From: Candidatus Woesebacteria bacterium
GTDB lineage: Bacteria > Patescibacteriota > Microgenomatia > UBA8517
Direction: 5' to 3'
Assembly: GCA_013374855.1 (NCBI GenBank)
Contig: CP055308.1
Location: 465,833-529,832, forward strand
Length of the DNA: 64,000 nt
Shown here: in pieces, positions 19,810 through 28,700 of the stretch
Position numbering within the stretch: position 1 is the first letter of the stretch
Layout: each line of letters begins with the position of its first letter
Notes under the pieces: model-generated
What the model was told of the DNA's origin: nothing
Database searches by the model: none
Seen by the model: the letters and a program-made list of their open reading frames with translations, nothing else
Position numbers and translations under genes: made by a program

Positions 19810-20469
19810 ATGCTTGTAGTAGAAAATGTTAGCAAGACTTATGGTGATATAGTTGCTTTAAAACCTGTTTCTTTTCGGGCAGACGAGGGCGAGCTTGTTT
19901 TTGTTACTGGTAAATCTGGGTCGGGCAAAACTACTCTTTTAAGGCTCATATTAAGGGAAATCCTTCCTACTACTGGAAAAATAGTTTTTAAAGATGCTGA
20001 TATTTTAACGCTGAAGGGTTCAGCTCTTTCTTCCTATCGCCAAAAAATTGGGGTGGTTTTTCAAGATTTTAAGGTGTTGCCGGAAAAGACGCTTCGGGAA
20101 AATGTTGAAATAGCTTTAGCCGTAGTTGGTGTTCCTTCATCTGAGTGGCAGAAAAGGGTTGATGATGTGCTAAAAATGGTCGGTCTTTTGGAGCGAAGTG
20201 AGCTTTTTCCTGTTCAGCTATCAGGTGGTGAGTTGCAGAGAGTTTCTTTAGCGCGTGCTTTGGTGGTTAATCCTGATATGATTTTGGCAGACGAGCCAAC
20301 AGGAAATCTTGATTGGCAGACATCAGATGAAATAATGAATCTTTTTATAAAAATAGTCCAATCAGGAAAATTGGTAATTATGGCTACGCACAACCTGTCT
20401 TTAGTTGAGAAATGTACTAAAATGGAGAAGGATAAGCTTAAGACAAAAGTTGTAAGTTTAGAGGAATAG
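19810..20469 (+). CDS. ftsE: cell-division ABC ATPase FtsE
   Basis: Walker A GKSGSGKTT, ABC signature LSGGELQRVSLARAL, Walker [12 protein letters not shown]; 219 aa. ftsX follows 4 bp downstream. Confidence 0.9.
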   Translation: MLVVENVSKTYGDIVALKPVSFRADEGELVFVTGKSGSGKTTLLRLILREILPTTGKIVFKDADILTLKGSALSSYRQKIGVVFQDFKVLPEKTLRENVEIALAVVGVPSSEWQKRVDDVLKMVGLLERSELFPVQLSGGELQRVSLARALVVNPDMILADEPTGNLDWQTSDEIMNLFIKIVQSGKLVIMATHNLSLVEKCTKMEKDKLKTKVVSLEE

Positions 20470-20473
20470 TTTT

Positions 20474-21391
20474 ATGGGAATACATTTTAAGACAGCGGTA
20501 AGGAATATAATAAGATCTCCTTTTCAGGCTTTTGCTGCGCTTTTTGTTTTAATGGTTACTTTTTTTATAATTAGTTTACTTTCTGTTGTTCTTTATTCGT
20601 CTGGAAAAGTTTTGTCTTATCTTGAGACTAGGCCTCAAGTTATAGCTTTTTTGAAAGCTGATGCCAAAGAGGGCGATATTTTTAATCTTCAGCAAAGGCT
20701 ATCTTCTGACAAGCGAGTTAAGGATGCCAAATATGTGACTAAAGAAGAAGCTTTAAAGATTTACAAAGATGCAACTTCTGACAACCCTCTTTTAGCGGAG
20801 CTTGTAAGTCCTACTGCTTTTCCGGCAAGTTTGGAACTTTCTTTGGTAAGTTTGGATTATGCCAATGAATTTATTACGGAGCTAAAAAAAGAGCCGATTG
20901 TGGATCAGGTTGGGTTTACAGCAAATCTTGGTGGTGAGGCAACTTTGGAAACAACTATTAATCGTATAAGATCAGTAATAAACAATATTCGTTTGGGGGG
21001 AGTTATTTTTGCTCTAGTTTTGTCTTTGACTTCTCTTTTTGTCTTACTTGTGATTATCAGTTTAAGGCTTATGTCAAGAAAGCAGGAAGTTGATATTTTG
21101 AATCTGATTGGGGCAACTCCCTTGTTTGTGGCAATTCCTGTTTTCCTTGAGGCATTAATTTATGTTTTGGCTGGTGTTTTTTTGGGTTGGCTTTTGGCGT
21201 TTGTTTTGGTATTGTATTTTGCTCCTGCTTTGACTTCTTATTTTGGAGAAATAGAAATTTTGCCAAGGGAAGCCATTTCTCTTTTTAAACAATCTCTTAT
21301 TTTATTGGTTCTGGAATGGATTGTTGGTTCTTTTCTGGCAGTTTTAGGCAGCTTTCTTGCTATTTCTCGCTTGTCTAAGAAGAAGTCTTAG
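20474..21391 (+). CDS. ftsX: cell-division permease-like protein FtsX
   Basis: One N-terminal TM helix, an extracytoplasmic domain of about 100 aa, and three C-terminal TM helices (the FtsX topology); immediately follows ftsE. Confidence 0.85.
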   Translation: MGIHFKTAVRNIIRSPFQAFAALFVLMVTFFIISLLSVVLYSSGKVLSYLETRPQVIAFLKADAKEGDIFNLQQRLSSDKRVKDAKYVTKEEALKIYKDATSDNPLLAELVSPTAFPASLELSLVSLDYANEFITELKKEPIVDQVGFTANLGGEATLETTINRIRSVINNIRLGGVIFALVLSLTSLFVLLVIISLRLMSRKQEVDILNLIGATPLFVAIPVFLEALIYVLAGVFLGWLLAFVLVLYFAPALTSYFGEIEILPREAISLFKQSLILLVLEWIVGSFLAVLGSFLAISRLSKKKS

Positions 21392-22566
21392 TGTGTCTAA
21401 AGATGAAGTTTTTAAAAAGAGCAGCTATTTTTTTAATTGTTTTTTTGGTCTTTCTGTCTTTTTTTCTGCCTGTCTTAGCCCAAAGTGAATTTGACAGAGA
21501 TGCGAGGCTTAAGGAACTGGAAGTGCAGATTAAGCAATATGAGGAAGAGCTTTCTAGATTACGGAGTCAATCTGCTACCCTGACTAATCAGATAGCACAA
21601 TACGATGCTCAAATTAGGCTAGCCGAGCTTCAGATTGAGGAAACTCAAAGAAAAATAGAGCTTTTGACGGGTCGCATAGATCAACTTGAGGTTTCCCTTG
21701 TTGCTTTGACTAAAGCTTTTTCTGAAAGAGCAGTAGAAACTTATAAAATGGCTCGTTTGGGGGATCCTCTTTTTTATGTTGTTGCCTCGCCAAATCTTTC
21801 TGTTGCGGTTTCAAGGTTTCATTATTTAAAGCTAATCCAGCGTTCGGATCAGGAGCTTTTATTAAGGCTTCAATCAGCGCAAAATAATTATCAGGACCAA
21901 AAGCAGGATCAGGAGTCTCTTCAAAAACAGCTTGAAAAACAGAAAGCAAATTTAGATGCGCAAAAGGCAGCTAAAGCTAATCTTCTTGCAATAACAAAAA
22001 ATGATGAAAGATATTATCAACGGCTTTTGTCTCAAGCTAAGAGTCAGCTTGCAGCTTTGAGGCGGTTTGTTGTCAGTCAAGGTGGGGCAACTATTTTGCA
22101 AAATCAAACTAAATGTGATTCTTGGGGTTGCTATTACAACCAGCGGGATAGCCAGTGGGGAACGATAGGAATTGGTGGTTCTTCTTATTCTGTGGCAGAA
22201 TATGGCTGTCTTATTTCTTCAATTGCAATGATTGCCACCCATTATGGAAGGAAGATGACGCCGGCAGATATTGCAACAAACCCAAATTTTTTTGTTCCCG
22301 GCACAGGTTATATTTATCATCAAGCAGAGGGAATGCCTTTTACCATTAGTACTGCTTCTAAAGGACAGCTTGACAGCCTTCTTGCGTCAGGGCCTGTGAT
22401 AGCCGGCCTTTATTCAGGGCCGGATCATTTTATAGTTATCTTGAAAAAAGAGGGGGATAACTACAGAATGCACGATCCTTTTATGCCAGATGGGGCGAAT
22501 CGTCTTTTGACTGAAAAATATAGTGTTTCTGATATTTCCAGCCTTCGTTTGGTTAGTTTTAAGTAG
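21391..22566 (+). CDS. secreted coiled-coil protein with C-terminal C39-like cysteine peptidase domain (PcsB/EnvC-analogous candidate)
   Basis: Signal peptide, then about 200 aa of heptad-rich Q/E/L/R sequence, then AEYGCLISSIAMIATHYG (C39 Cys motif) and GPDHFIVILK (His motif). Abuts or overlaps the ftsX stop. Confidence 0.65.
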   Translation: MCLKMKFLKRAAIFLIVFLVFLSFFLPVLAQSEFDRDARLKELEVQIKQYEEELSRLRSQSATLTNQIAQYDAQIRLAELQIEETQRKIELLTGRIDQLEVSLVALTKAFSERAVETYKMARLGDPLFYVVASPNLSVAVSRFHYLKLIQRSDQELLLRLQSAQNNYQDQKQDQESLQKQLEKQKANLDAQKAAKANLLAITKNDERYYQRLLSQAKSQLAALRRFVVSQGGATILQNQTKCDSWGCYYNQRDSQWGTIGIGGSSYSVAEYGCLISSIAMIATHYGRKMTPADIATNPNFFVPGTGYIYHQAEGMPFTISTASKGQLDSLLASGPVIAGLYSGPDHFIVILKKEGDNYRMHDPFMPDGANRLLTEKYSVSDISSLRLVSFK

Positions 22567-22663
22567 GGTATTTATTCTCTAGAAATAGTTGTTTTTGGTT
22601 TTCTAACAATTGTGATCCTTTTATCTTTTTTATTTTTGTCTGTCCTGTTGTAAACTTGTTAAT

Positions 22664-22695
22664 TTTGTATCAATGTATTAATACATTGATACAAA
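22664..22695. repeat. perfect 32-bp palindrome TTTGTATCAATGTATTAATACATTGATACAAA (copy 2, CAATG subtype)
   Basis: Exact dyad; 67 bp upstream of the 22762 HTH gene; preceded by a T-tract. Confidence 0.9.
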
Positions 22696-22761
22696 TAGAA
22701 TGTCTGGAAGGTTTGTTTAACTTTGTGGTATAAATAAAATAGGTTTTGATGACTTTTTAAA

Positions 22762-23208
22762 ATGGCGCAGGTCTCTAAAGTTCCTGTAAGAAAAGAAGTA
22801 TACCTTAGGGTATTTGAAGTTTTTGTGAGTACTATTTCGCGTCTTAAAGATAAAAAAGATATTGTTGTTTTTTTAAATGAATTTTTTACTCCAACAGAAA
22901 AGATTATGTTTGTCAAAAGATTTGCTATACCTATTCTTTATGAGAAAGGCTATACCTATCGTGATATTTCAAGTGTTTTGAAAGTTAGCACAGCCACTGT
23001 TAGTCGGGTTATTATTTTTTACAACTTGAGTGACGAATTTAGAGAATTAATTAAAAAATTTTTGGAGGAGGAGAAAACAAAGAAATTTTTACTTGATCTG
23101 GGTGATATTATTGCATCTGCTGCAGGAGTGAGTGGAGCTAAAGCCTCCTCCTGGTTTGCTTTGAAGAAGGAAATTAAAAAGAAAAAGGCAAGAAATAATG
23201 TTTTTTGA
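22762..23208 (+). CDS. TrpR-like / YerC-YecD family helix-turn-helix DNA-binding protein
   Basis: The N-terminal half matches the YerC/YecD (TrpR-related) pattern FLNEFFTPTEKIMFVKRFAI...LYEKGYTYRDISSVLKVSTATVSRV, with the HTH at YRDISSVLKVSTATVSRV. The C-terminal 50 aa are K/E-rich. Confidence 0.6.
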   Translation: MAQVSKVPVRKEVYLRVFEVFVSTISRLKDKKDIVVFLNEFFTPTEKIMFVKRFAIPILYEKGYTYRDISSVLKVSTATVSRVIIFYNLSDEFRELIKKFLEEEKTKKFLLDLGDIIASAAGVSGAKASSWFALKKEIKKKKARNNVF

Positions 23209-23248
23209 TTTTGTTATGTTGCTGATTTTAGAGTTTGATGTTTTTTTC

Positions 23249-23278
23249 TTGTATCAATGTATTAATACATTGATACAA
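23249..23278. repeat. perfect 30-bp palindrome TTGTATCAATGTATTAATACATTGATACAA (copy 3, CAATG subtype)
   Basis: Exact dyad; 40 bp downstream of the HTH gene stop and 22 bp upstream of the 23301 ORF; preceded by TTTTTTT. Confidence 0.9.
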
Positions 23279-23300
23279 ACAAGCTTAGATGTCTTAGGAT

Positions 23301-24527
23301 TTGCCTTTGAAATTTAATATTTTATTTAATTCTTTTAATATTAAACATATAATGAAAAAAAATTTTTTGTTTTTTGTTTTTGGGGGTCTGTTTTTTGTTT
23401 TTCTTGTCTTTGAGTTTTGTTCTCCCGTTTCGGCTGCTTTTAATTTTTATATTTCAGATGTAAATCCTAAAGAGGTTTTTTCGAAAGAACAGGAAATTGA
23501 AGTAAAAGTGGTTGTAGAATCTTTGCCTATTTCGAGCGATTCTTTTTTTAGGGTTTCTATTAAAAAAGGGAACTCGTTTGTTGGTTATATGATGATTAAT
23601 AATGAGTGGGTGAAGATGGGTTCTTTATCGTCTGATAAAGAAAATAATTTGTGTACTCGTTATTATAAGGTTAATTCTGATGGAGTTTATGATTTTAGGT
23701 TGAAAATAGGTAGTGATGTTGAGATTGCTAATGGGGAATATATAGTTAAAGTTCATAGATTTCCTTATAATTATAATGGTAGTGGCAAGTGTGGCGATTA
23801 TGATTCTTCTGAAGAACAAGTGGAGTTTAAGGTAAATGTTATTCTTCCTACTCCTTCTCCCACTCCAGCACCTACTCAAAGTTCAACTTCTTATCCAAGT
23901 GCATCTTCTGCTACAGTCAAAATTTCTCAACCTAAAGATCAAAATGGTGGAGATATTCTTGGATCACTGAAAATTTATATTGATGGTAGTTATGTTGATA
24001 AATCTGCACCGAAAACTTATACTTTTGGTGATGGTAAGACTTGTGGATCAAACAATGTTCCTTGTGGTTTTGGAACACATACTTTTAAAGTAGAAAAGAC
24101 AGGCTATCTTCCTTGGGTTAAGACTGCAGATATAACTGTCGGTAGTAATTATGAATTTGATCCAGTATTGATTTTAGCCTCTCCTTCTCCTACGCCAACA
24201 ATTAAATCATCTCCTACTGCTACCGCTTCAGCAACTCCAAAATCAACCCCGGTTGACATTTCCACATCGACAGCATCCGGAATTTTGGCAGAAGATGTTT
24301 TTTCAAATGAATCAGTATTGGGTGCAGAAAGCATAGAAAAAACTCCTCAACCTGAAGAAAATATATCAGCTGATCCAAAACTGAAAGCAGCAGCCTTGTT
24401 TTTTATAACAGCTGGTGTTTCTTTTTTGGGGTCTGCTGTGTATGCTTATATAAGGTCTAAAAATAAAAAAGGGAAGAATGAAGAGAAATCAGACGAGGTT
24501 GAAGAAGAAAGTGACGAAAATCATTAG
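23301..24527 (+). CDS. cell-surface protein, hypothetical (signal peptide, PSPTP linkers, C-terminal TM anchor)
   Basis: N-terminal hydrophobic signal, two PT-rich linkers (LPTPSPTPAPTQ, SPSPTPTIKSSPTATASATPKSTP), and a C-terminal TM helix with an acidic tail. Confidence 0.55.
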   Translation: MPLKFNILFNSFNIKHIMKKNFLFFVFGGLFFVFLVFEFCSPVSAAFNFYISDVNPKEVFSKEQEIEVKVVVESLPISSDSFFRVSIKKGNSFVGYMMINNEWVKMGSLSSDKENNLCTRYYKVNSDGVYDFRLKIGSDVEIANGEYIVKVHRFPYNYNGSGKCGDYDSSEEQVEFKVNVILPTPSPTPAPTQSSTSYPSASSATVKISQPKDQNGGDILGSLKIYIDGSYVDKSAPKTYTFGDGKTCGSNNVPCGFGTHTFKVEKTGYLPWVKTADITVGSNYEFDPVLILASPSPTPTIKSSPTATASATPKSTPVDISTSTASGILAEDVFSNESVLGAESIEKTPQPEENISADPKLKAAALFFITAGVSFLGSAVYAYIRSKNKKGKNEEKSDEVEEESDENH

Positions 24528-24939
24528 CCTTTGGTTGCCCCCAATTTTATGGATGGGGATTATTTTCTTTTTAAGCTCTCGCCCAACCATTAAGACTACT
24601 CAAATCTACTGGCAGGATTTTTTAATTAAGAAAACGGCTCATTTTGTTGAATATGCAATTTTATCTTTTCTTTATATTCGTGCTTTCTTGGGAAGCAGTA
24701 TGTCACAAAAAAAATCTTTTATTCTTGCATTTTTGATAAGTCTTGTTTATGCGATAAGTGATGAATATCACCAATCTTTTGTGCCGGGAAGAGAACCGAG
24801 AATAAGAGATGTGGTGATTGATTCAATGGGTGCTCTTTTTGCAATTTATCTTGTCGCTTTTAGGCCTTCTTGGGCGAGAAAGCTGGTTGGAAAGTTGATA
24901 CCTTATAAAGTATTAGGAGAATTGAAGAGTAAAAATTAG
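24478..24939 (+). CDS. VanZ-like family membrane protein
   Basis: LWLPPILWMGIIFFLSSRP ... AISDEYHQSFVPGREPRIRDVVIDSMGALFAIYLV matches the VanZ family. The start overlaps the upstream gene by up to 50 nt, so an internal GTG start is possible. Confidence 0.75.
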   Translation: MKRNQTRLKKKVTKIISLWLPPILWMGIIFFLSSRPTIKTTQIYWQDFLIKKTAHFVEYAILSFLYIRAFLGSSMSQKKSFILAFLISLVYAISDEYHQSFVPGREPRIRDVVIDSMGALFAIYLVAFRPSWARKLVGKLIPYKVLGELKSKN

Positions 24940-25086
24940 TTAAGAATTAAAATTAGATTGTGGATTATAATAGATTAGTGGGTTTGAGGGCAACTCAAAA
25001 GGTGGAAGTAAAATTAAAAAATCATTGCTAAGGTTTTGGGTTATTCTTGTTGAATTTTTGCTTTGTTTGTTCTAAATTAAAAAAGG

Positions 25087-25722
25087 ATGGAAAAAAGAAA
25101 AGCTTACGCTTTCTATCTTGATGTAGCGGGTGAGGTCTTAATTATATTTTCTTTTCTTATTCTGTTTTTCACCTACGGTCCTGTCGCTAAAGAAGAGGTT
25201 GCTTATCAGGTAAGGCAGACTTTAGATAAGTCAATCAAGACAAAAGAAATAGAGCCTCCCAATTATGAGTTTTCTATAGTTGTTCCCAAACTCTCTGTTT
25301 CTGCACCTGTTTTTGCGTCGGTTAATCCTTTTGACGAGAAGGAATATCTGCCTGTTTTACAAAAGGGTGTTGCGCATGCTAAAGGTTCAGCACTTCCCGG
25401 TCGGTTTGGTAATACTTATCTTTTTGCTCATTCAACTGATGCCTTTTACAATGTGGGCAGATACAATGCTGTTTTTTATCTTTTGGGTAAACTTGAAAAA
25501 GGAGACAAGGTATACATTTACTATAATAACCAAAAGTACACGTACGAAGTAACCGATAAAAAAGTGGTTCCTCCCACTGAGGTTTCTTATCTTGGCAAAT
25601 CTGGCAGGGGTAACACCTTAACTCTTCAGACTTGTTATCCTCCAGGAACCACGCTGAAGCGTCTTGTGGTATTGGCAGAGATGGAAGGAGATGTTAGTTT
25701 TGATTTTCCCTTAAAATATTAA
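25087..25722 (+). CDS. sortase (transpeptidase) family protein
   Basis: N-terminal TM anchor, catalytic His in LFAHSTDAF, TLQTCYPPGT (TLXTC active-site Cys) and a downstream Arg (KRLVVLAE). Confidence 0.85.
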   Translation: MEKRKAYAFYLDVAGEVLIIFSFLILFFTYGPVAKEEVAYQVRQTLDKSIKTKEIEPPNYEFSIVVPKLSVSAPVFASVNPFDEKEYLPVLQKGVAHAKGSALPGRFGNTYLFAHSTDAFYNVGRYNAVFYLLGKLEKGDKVYIYYNNQKYTYEVTDKKVVPPTEVSYLGKSGRGNTLTLQTCYPPGTTLKRLVVLAEMEGDVSFDFPLKY

Positions 25723-25744
25723 AAAGGGATATAAAATTAAGTAG

Positions 25745-25773
25745 TTGACAAAACCCATAAGAGAGTATATCAT
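25745..25773 (+). promoter_or_regulatory. candidate sigma70-type promoter (TTGACA, about 16-17 bp, TATATC/TATCAT) for the giant surface-protein gene
   Basis: TTGACA at 25745-25750 with a -10-like TATAT(C) about 16 bp downstream, 45 bp upstream of the ATG at 25794. Spacing is imperfect. Confidence 0.3.
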
Positions 25774-25793
25774 TCGCTTAACTGCTCATATCA

Positions 25794-28700
25794 ATGAATA
25801 AAAAAATAGTCTTTAAGCTGTTTTCTTTAGTTTCTGCCTTTTCTATTCTTTTTAACTTGTTTTATACGCCTCTTTATGTTTTAGCTCAAGAAACAGGCTC
25901 TCAAACTGATCAATCAACACCCGCACCAACATTGGCAGTAGAGACTAATCCAACACCGGAAGTTACTTTTACTCCAGAACCAAATCAAACACCAGAGGCA
26001 ACCTCAACACCAGAGTCAACTCCAACACCAGAAGAAGTTTCAACTCCCACTGCAACACCAACATCAGAACCTACAATAGAACCTACTCCTACTTTGCTTC
26101 CAGGCCCGGAGGTTGTTTTAGGAGAGAAAACAGAAAGTTCTTCTTCTCCAACAAATTTACCAACTAGCTTTGATACAAGTGATAGTGACAAAGTTTTTGA
26201 ATCTTCCGCACAGCTTTTCTTAACTGACGCTTCTGTTGAGAAAGAGTGTCTTGCAGATCAAAATGTAATTGATAGTCAGGATGTTGATTGGTATATTTCG
26301 ACTGATAGTGGGTATGCACAAACGAAATCTAATGTTCAGATTGGAGTAAGATATGTTTTTCCATTGGAGAATAAGGTAACCTTAACTTTTAAATGTCTTC
26401 CTAAAGATGAGTCTTTAAGAAGTTCTTTAAAGATCCAAAAGGTTAAGGTCTCAGATTTGAATCTTCCTGAAGGGTTAAATCCTTACGGCGAATGGGCTTA
26501 TGATATTACCACTGGTATGAAAGATGGTACTTTTGAGTATGATATCACCCTTCCTAAACCAGAAAATCAAGAAGCGAAAGTTTTCTATATGGAAGATGTT
26601 AGTGGGGAAGTTAAGAATGTTGAAGATGAAAAGATAAATCAGGAAGGAGATAAGATTAGAGTTGAAAGTTTGGATCATTTTTCTGTTTTTTATTTAGTAA
26701 CAGTTTCTCCGGGTGGGGTAAATAGTTTAGAGAAGTTTGATAGTCTTAGTGATTGGATCACATCTAATTCTTCTGTTGCTTCTGGTTCAGGTGATGATTC
26801 ACCTTTAGATGGCAATTTTGCCAAGATTGACGCTGGAGGATATATTTGTCGTGATGTGGATGCTCTTGGTTTTCAAAATCTTTTGCTTCAGTTTTACTGG
26901 AAAGGAGATAAAGATGCAGGGTCACATGATAATGGCTATGTTTATGTTAAAAAAGGTGGCAATTGTTCAGACGATGATGGTTGGACTAAGGTTTATAAAG
27001 CAGACTTAGATACCAACAGAGATAAAAATGGTTATCCTCAATGGAGTTCTCAAATTTCTATTAATTTAAATTCCAGTTTTTCTAATTCCAATTTTAAAAT
27101 TAAATTTAAAAATTCCTCAAACGACGCATCAGATGAGTTTTTTAGAGTTGACAACTTTAAGATTACAGGAACGAAAATAAACTGGCCAGATGATTGGACT
27201 GTTCCAAGTTGCTATCTGGATCCAACCGGGGAATCGGGTGTAGGCAATACAAGAGTTGATTTGGATGGGACTTCTACAAGCAAGCCTGCGGCTTCTTATA
27301 AGTGGACAAATGACTATTTATACTTGCGTTTCAGAGTAGATGGTAATCCTGGTACTGCGTCAAATCCAGATAATTTTGCTTGGTCAGTTTTGGTCCAAAA
27401 TACACCTCCTAAATATCAATATTTGATTACTCTTGACGGACTGAACAATCAGCTAAAGATTTTAGAAAACAATCAGTCAACTGCTTCTAATGTTACCTGG
27501 AATCCAATTTTAAATGATCCTGCAGAGACTTTGCTTTGGTCAGGTCCAAGCTCAATGTATGCCAATATTGTTCATGACAGCTCGACAGTTGACGATCATT
27601 ATATTATTTTAGCTGTGCCTATAAGTGCTTTGCCTAGTTCGGTAACTAGCTCCTCAATTTTTTATTTTGCTACAGCTGCCGATATCAATAATTTTAATAA
27701 AGATCACCTGAATTGTTATGAACAGCCACAAACGGGTTTGATTAGGGTTGAGAAGAGCGTTAAGGAAGGAAACACTTGGACTAACCAAGCTGAAAGTATC
27801 AGTCTTTTTAAATGGCGGGTTGATGATGAGACACAGTGGCGAGATATGGGGACTAGTGTTGAACTTTCAGCTGGTTCTCATTCTATAACAGAAAATAGTG
27901 TTATTGGTTATCAATTTGATGGTTGGTATTATGCTGGCAGTGGAAATGGTTCCTGTATTAGCCCAGAGGGGACCATCTTACCTATTAATTTGAATATTGT
28001 TGCTGGTCAACAAAAAGAGATTGTTTTATGTAACTCCCGTTTGCCTTATTGTGGAGATGGAATTAAAAATGGGGAAGAACAGTGTGATGGAACTGATGGA
28101 GTGACCCCAGGGCAAAACTTCTGCACTAAAAGTTGTACTTTAGTTCCAATTTATGATGGAGAAGATAGTTGTCCTGCAGGGACTGTTAAAAGCCAGACTC
28201 CGATTTTATCTAAAGTAATTTCGGCAACCGATCCTGACGGAGAAACATTTAATTTGGATATCGGAGGAAAATATATTTTTGAGGTAAGTGGTACTTATAG
28301 TTATGATAAAAATAATAGTGGTAAGTTAGCTGATGCGGCTTATGGAACAAAAGATAATTGGTCCTCTACAAGAACCGATATTGGTATTTGGGGAACAAAT
28401 AGAGGGGTAACTTCTTTATTGGCTGATTTAGGGAGTGGTGTGGGAGTAGTTGAATGGGATAATAATCAAATGTTTAATCCTGATCATACCTACCAGAAAT
28501 ATTATTCTCCAACCAAAAATTCAGTCCAATTTTTAATCAGTGATTGGTATGATAACTGGTTTAATTCTTCTTACAACAATCAATCTGCTATGTCAGATAA
28601 TTCCGGAAGTTTGACTTTAAATGTTTATAAATGCGAGCCAGTATCTGAGGTCAAAATTTGCAAGTATGACAACAACCAACAGCCACTTTCTGGTTGGCGG

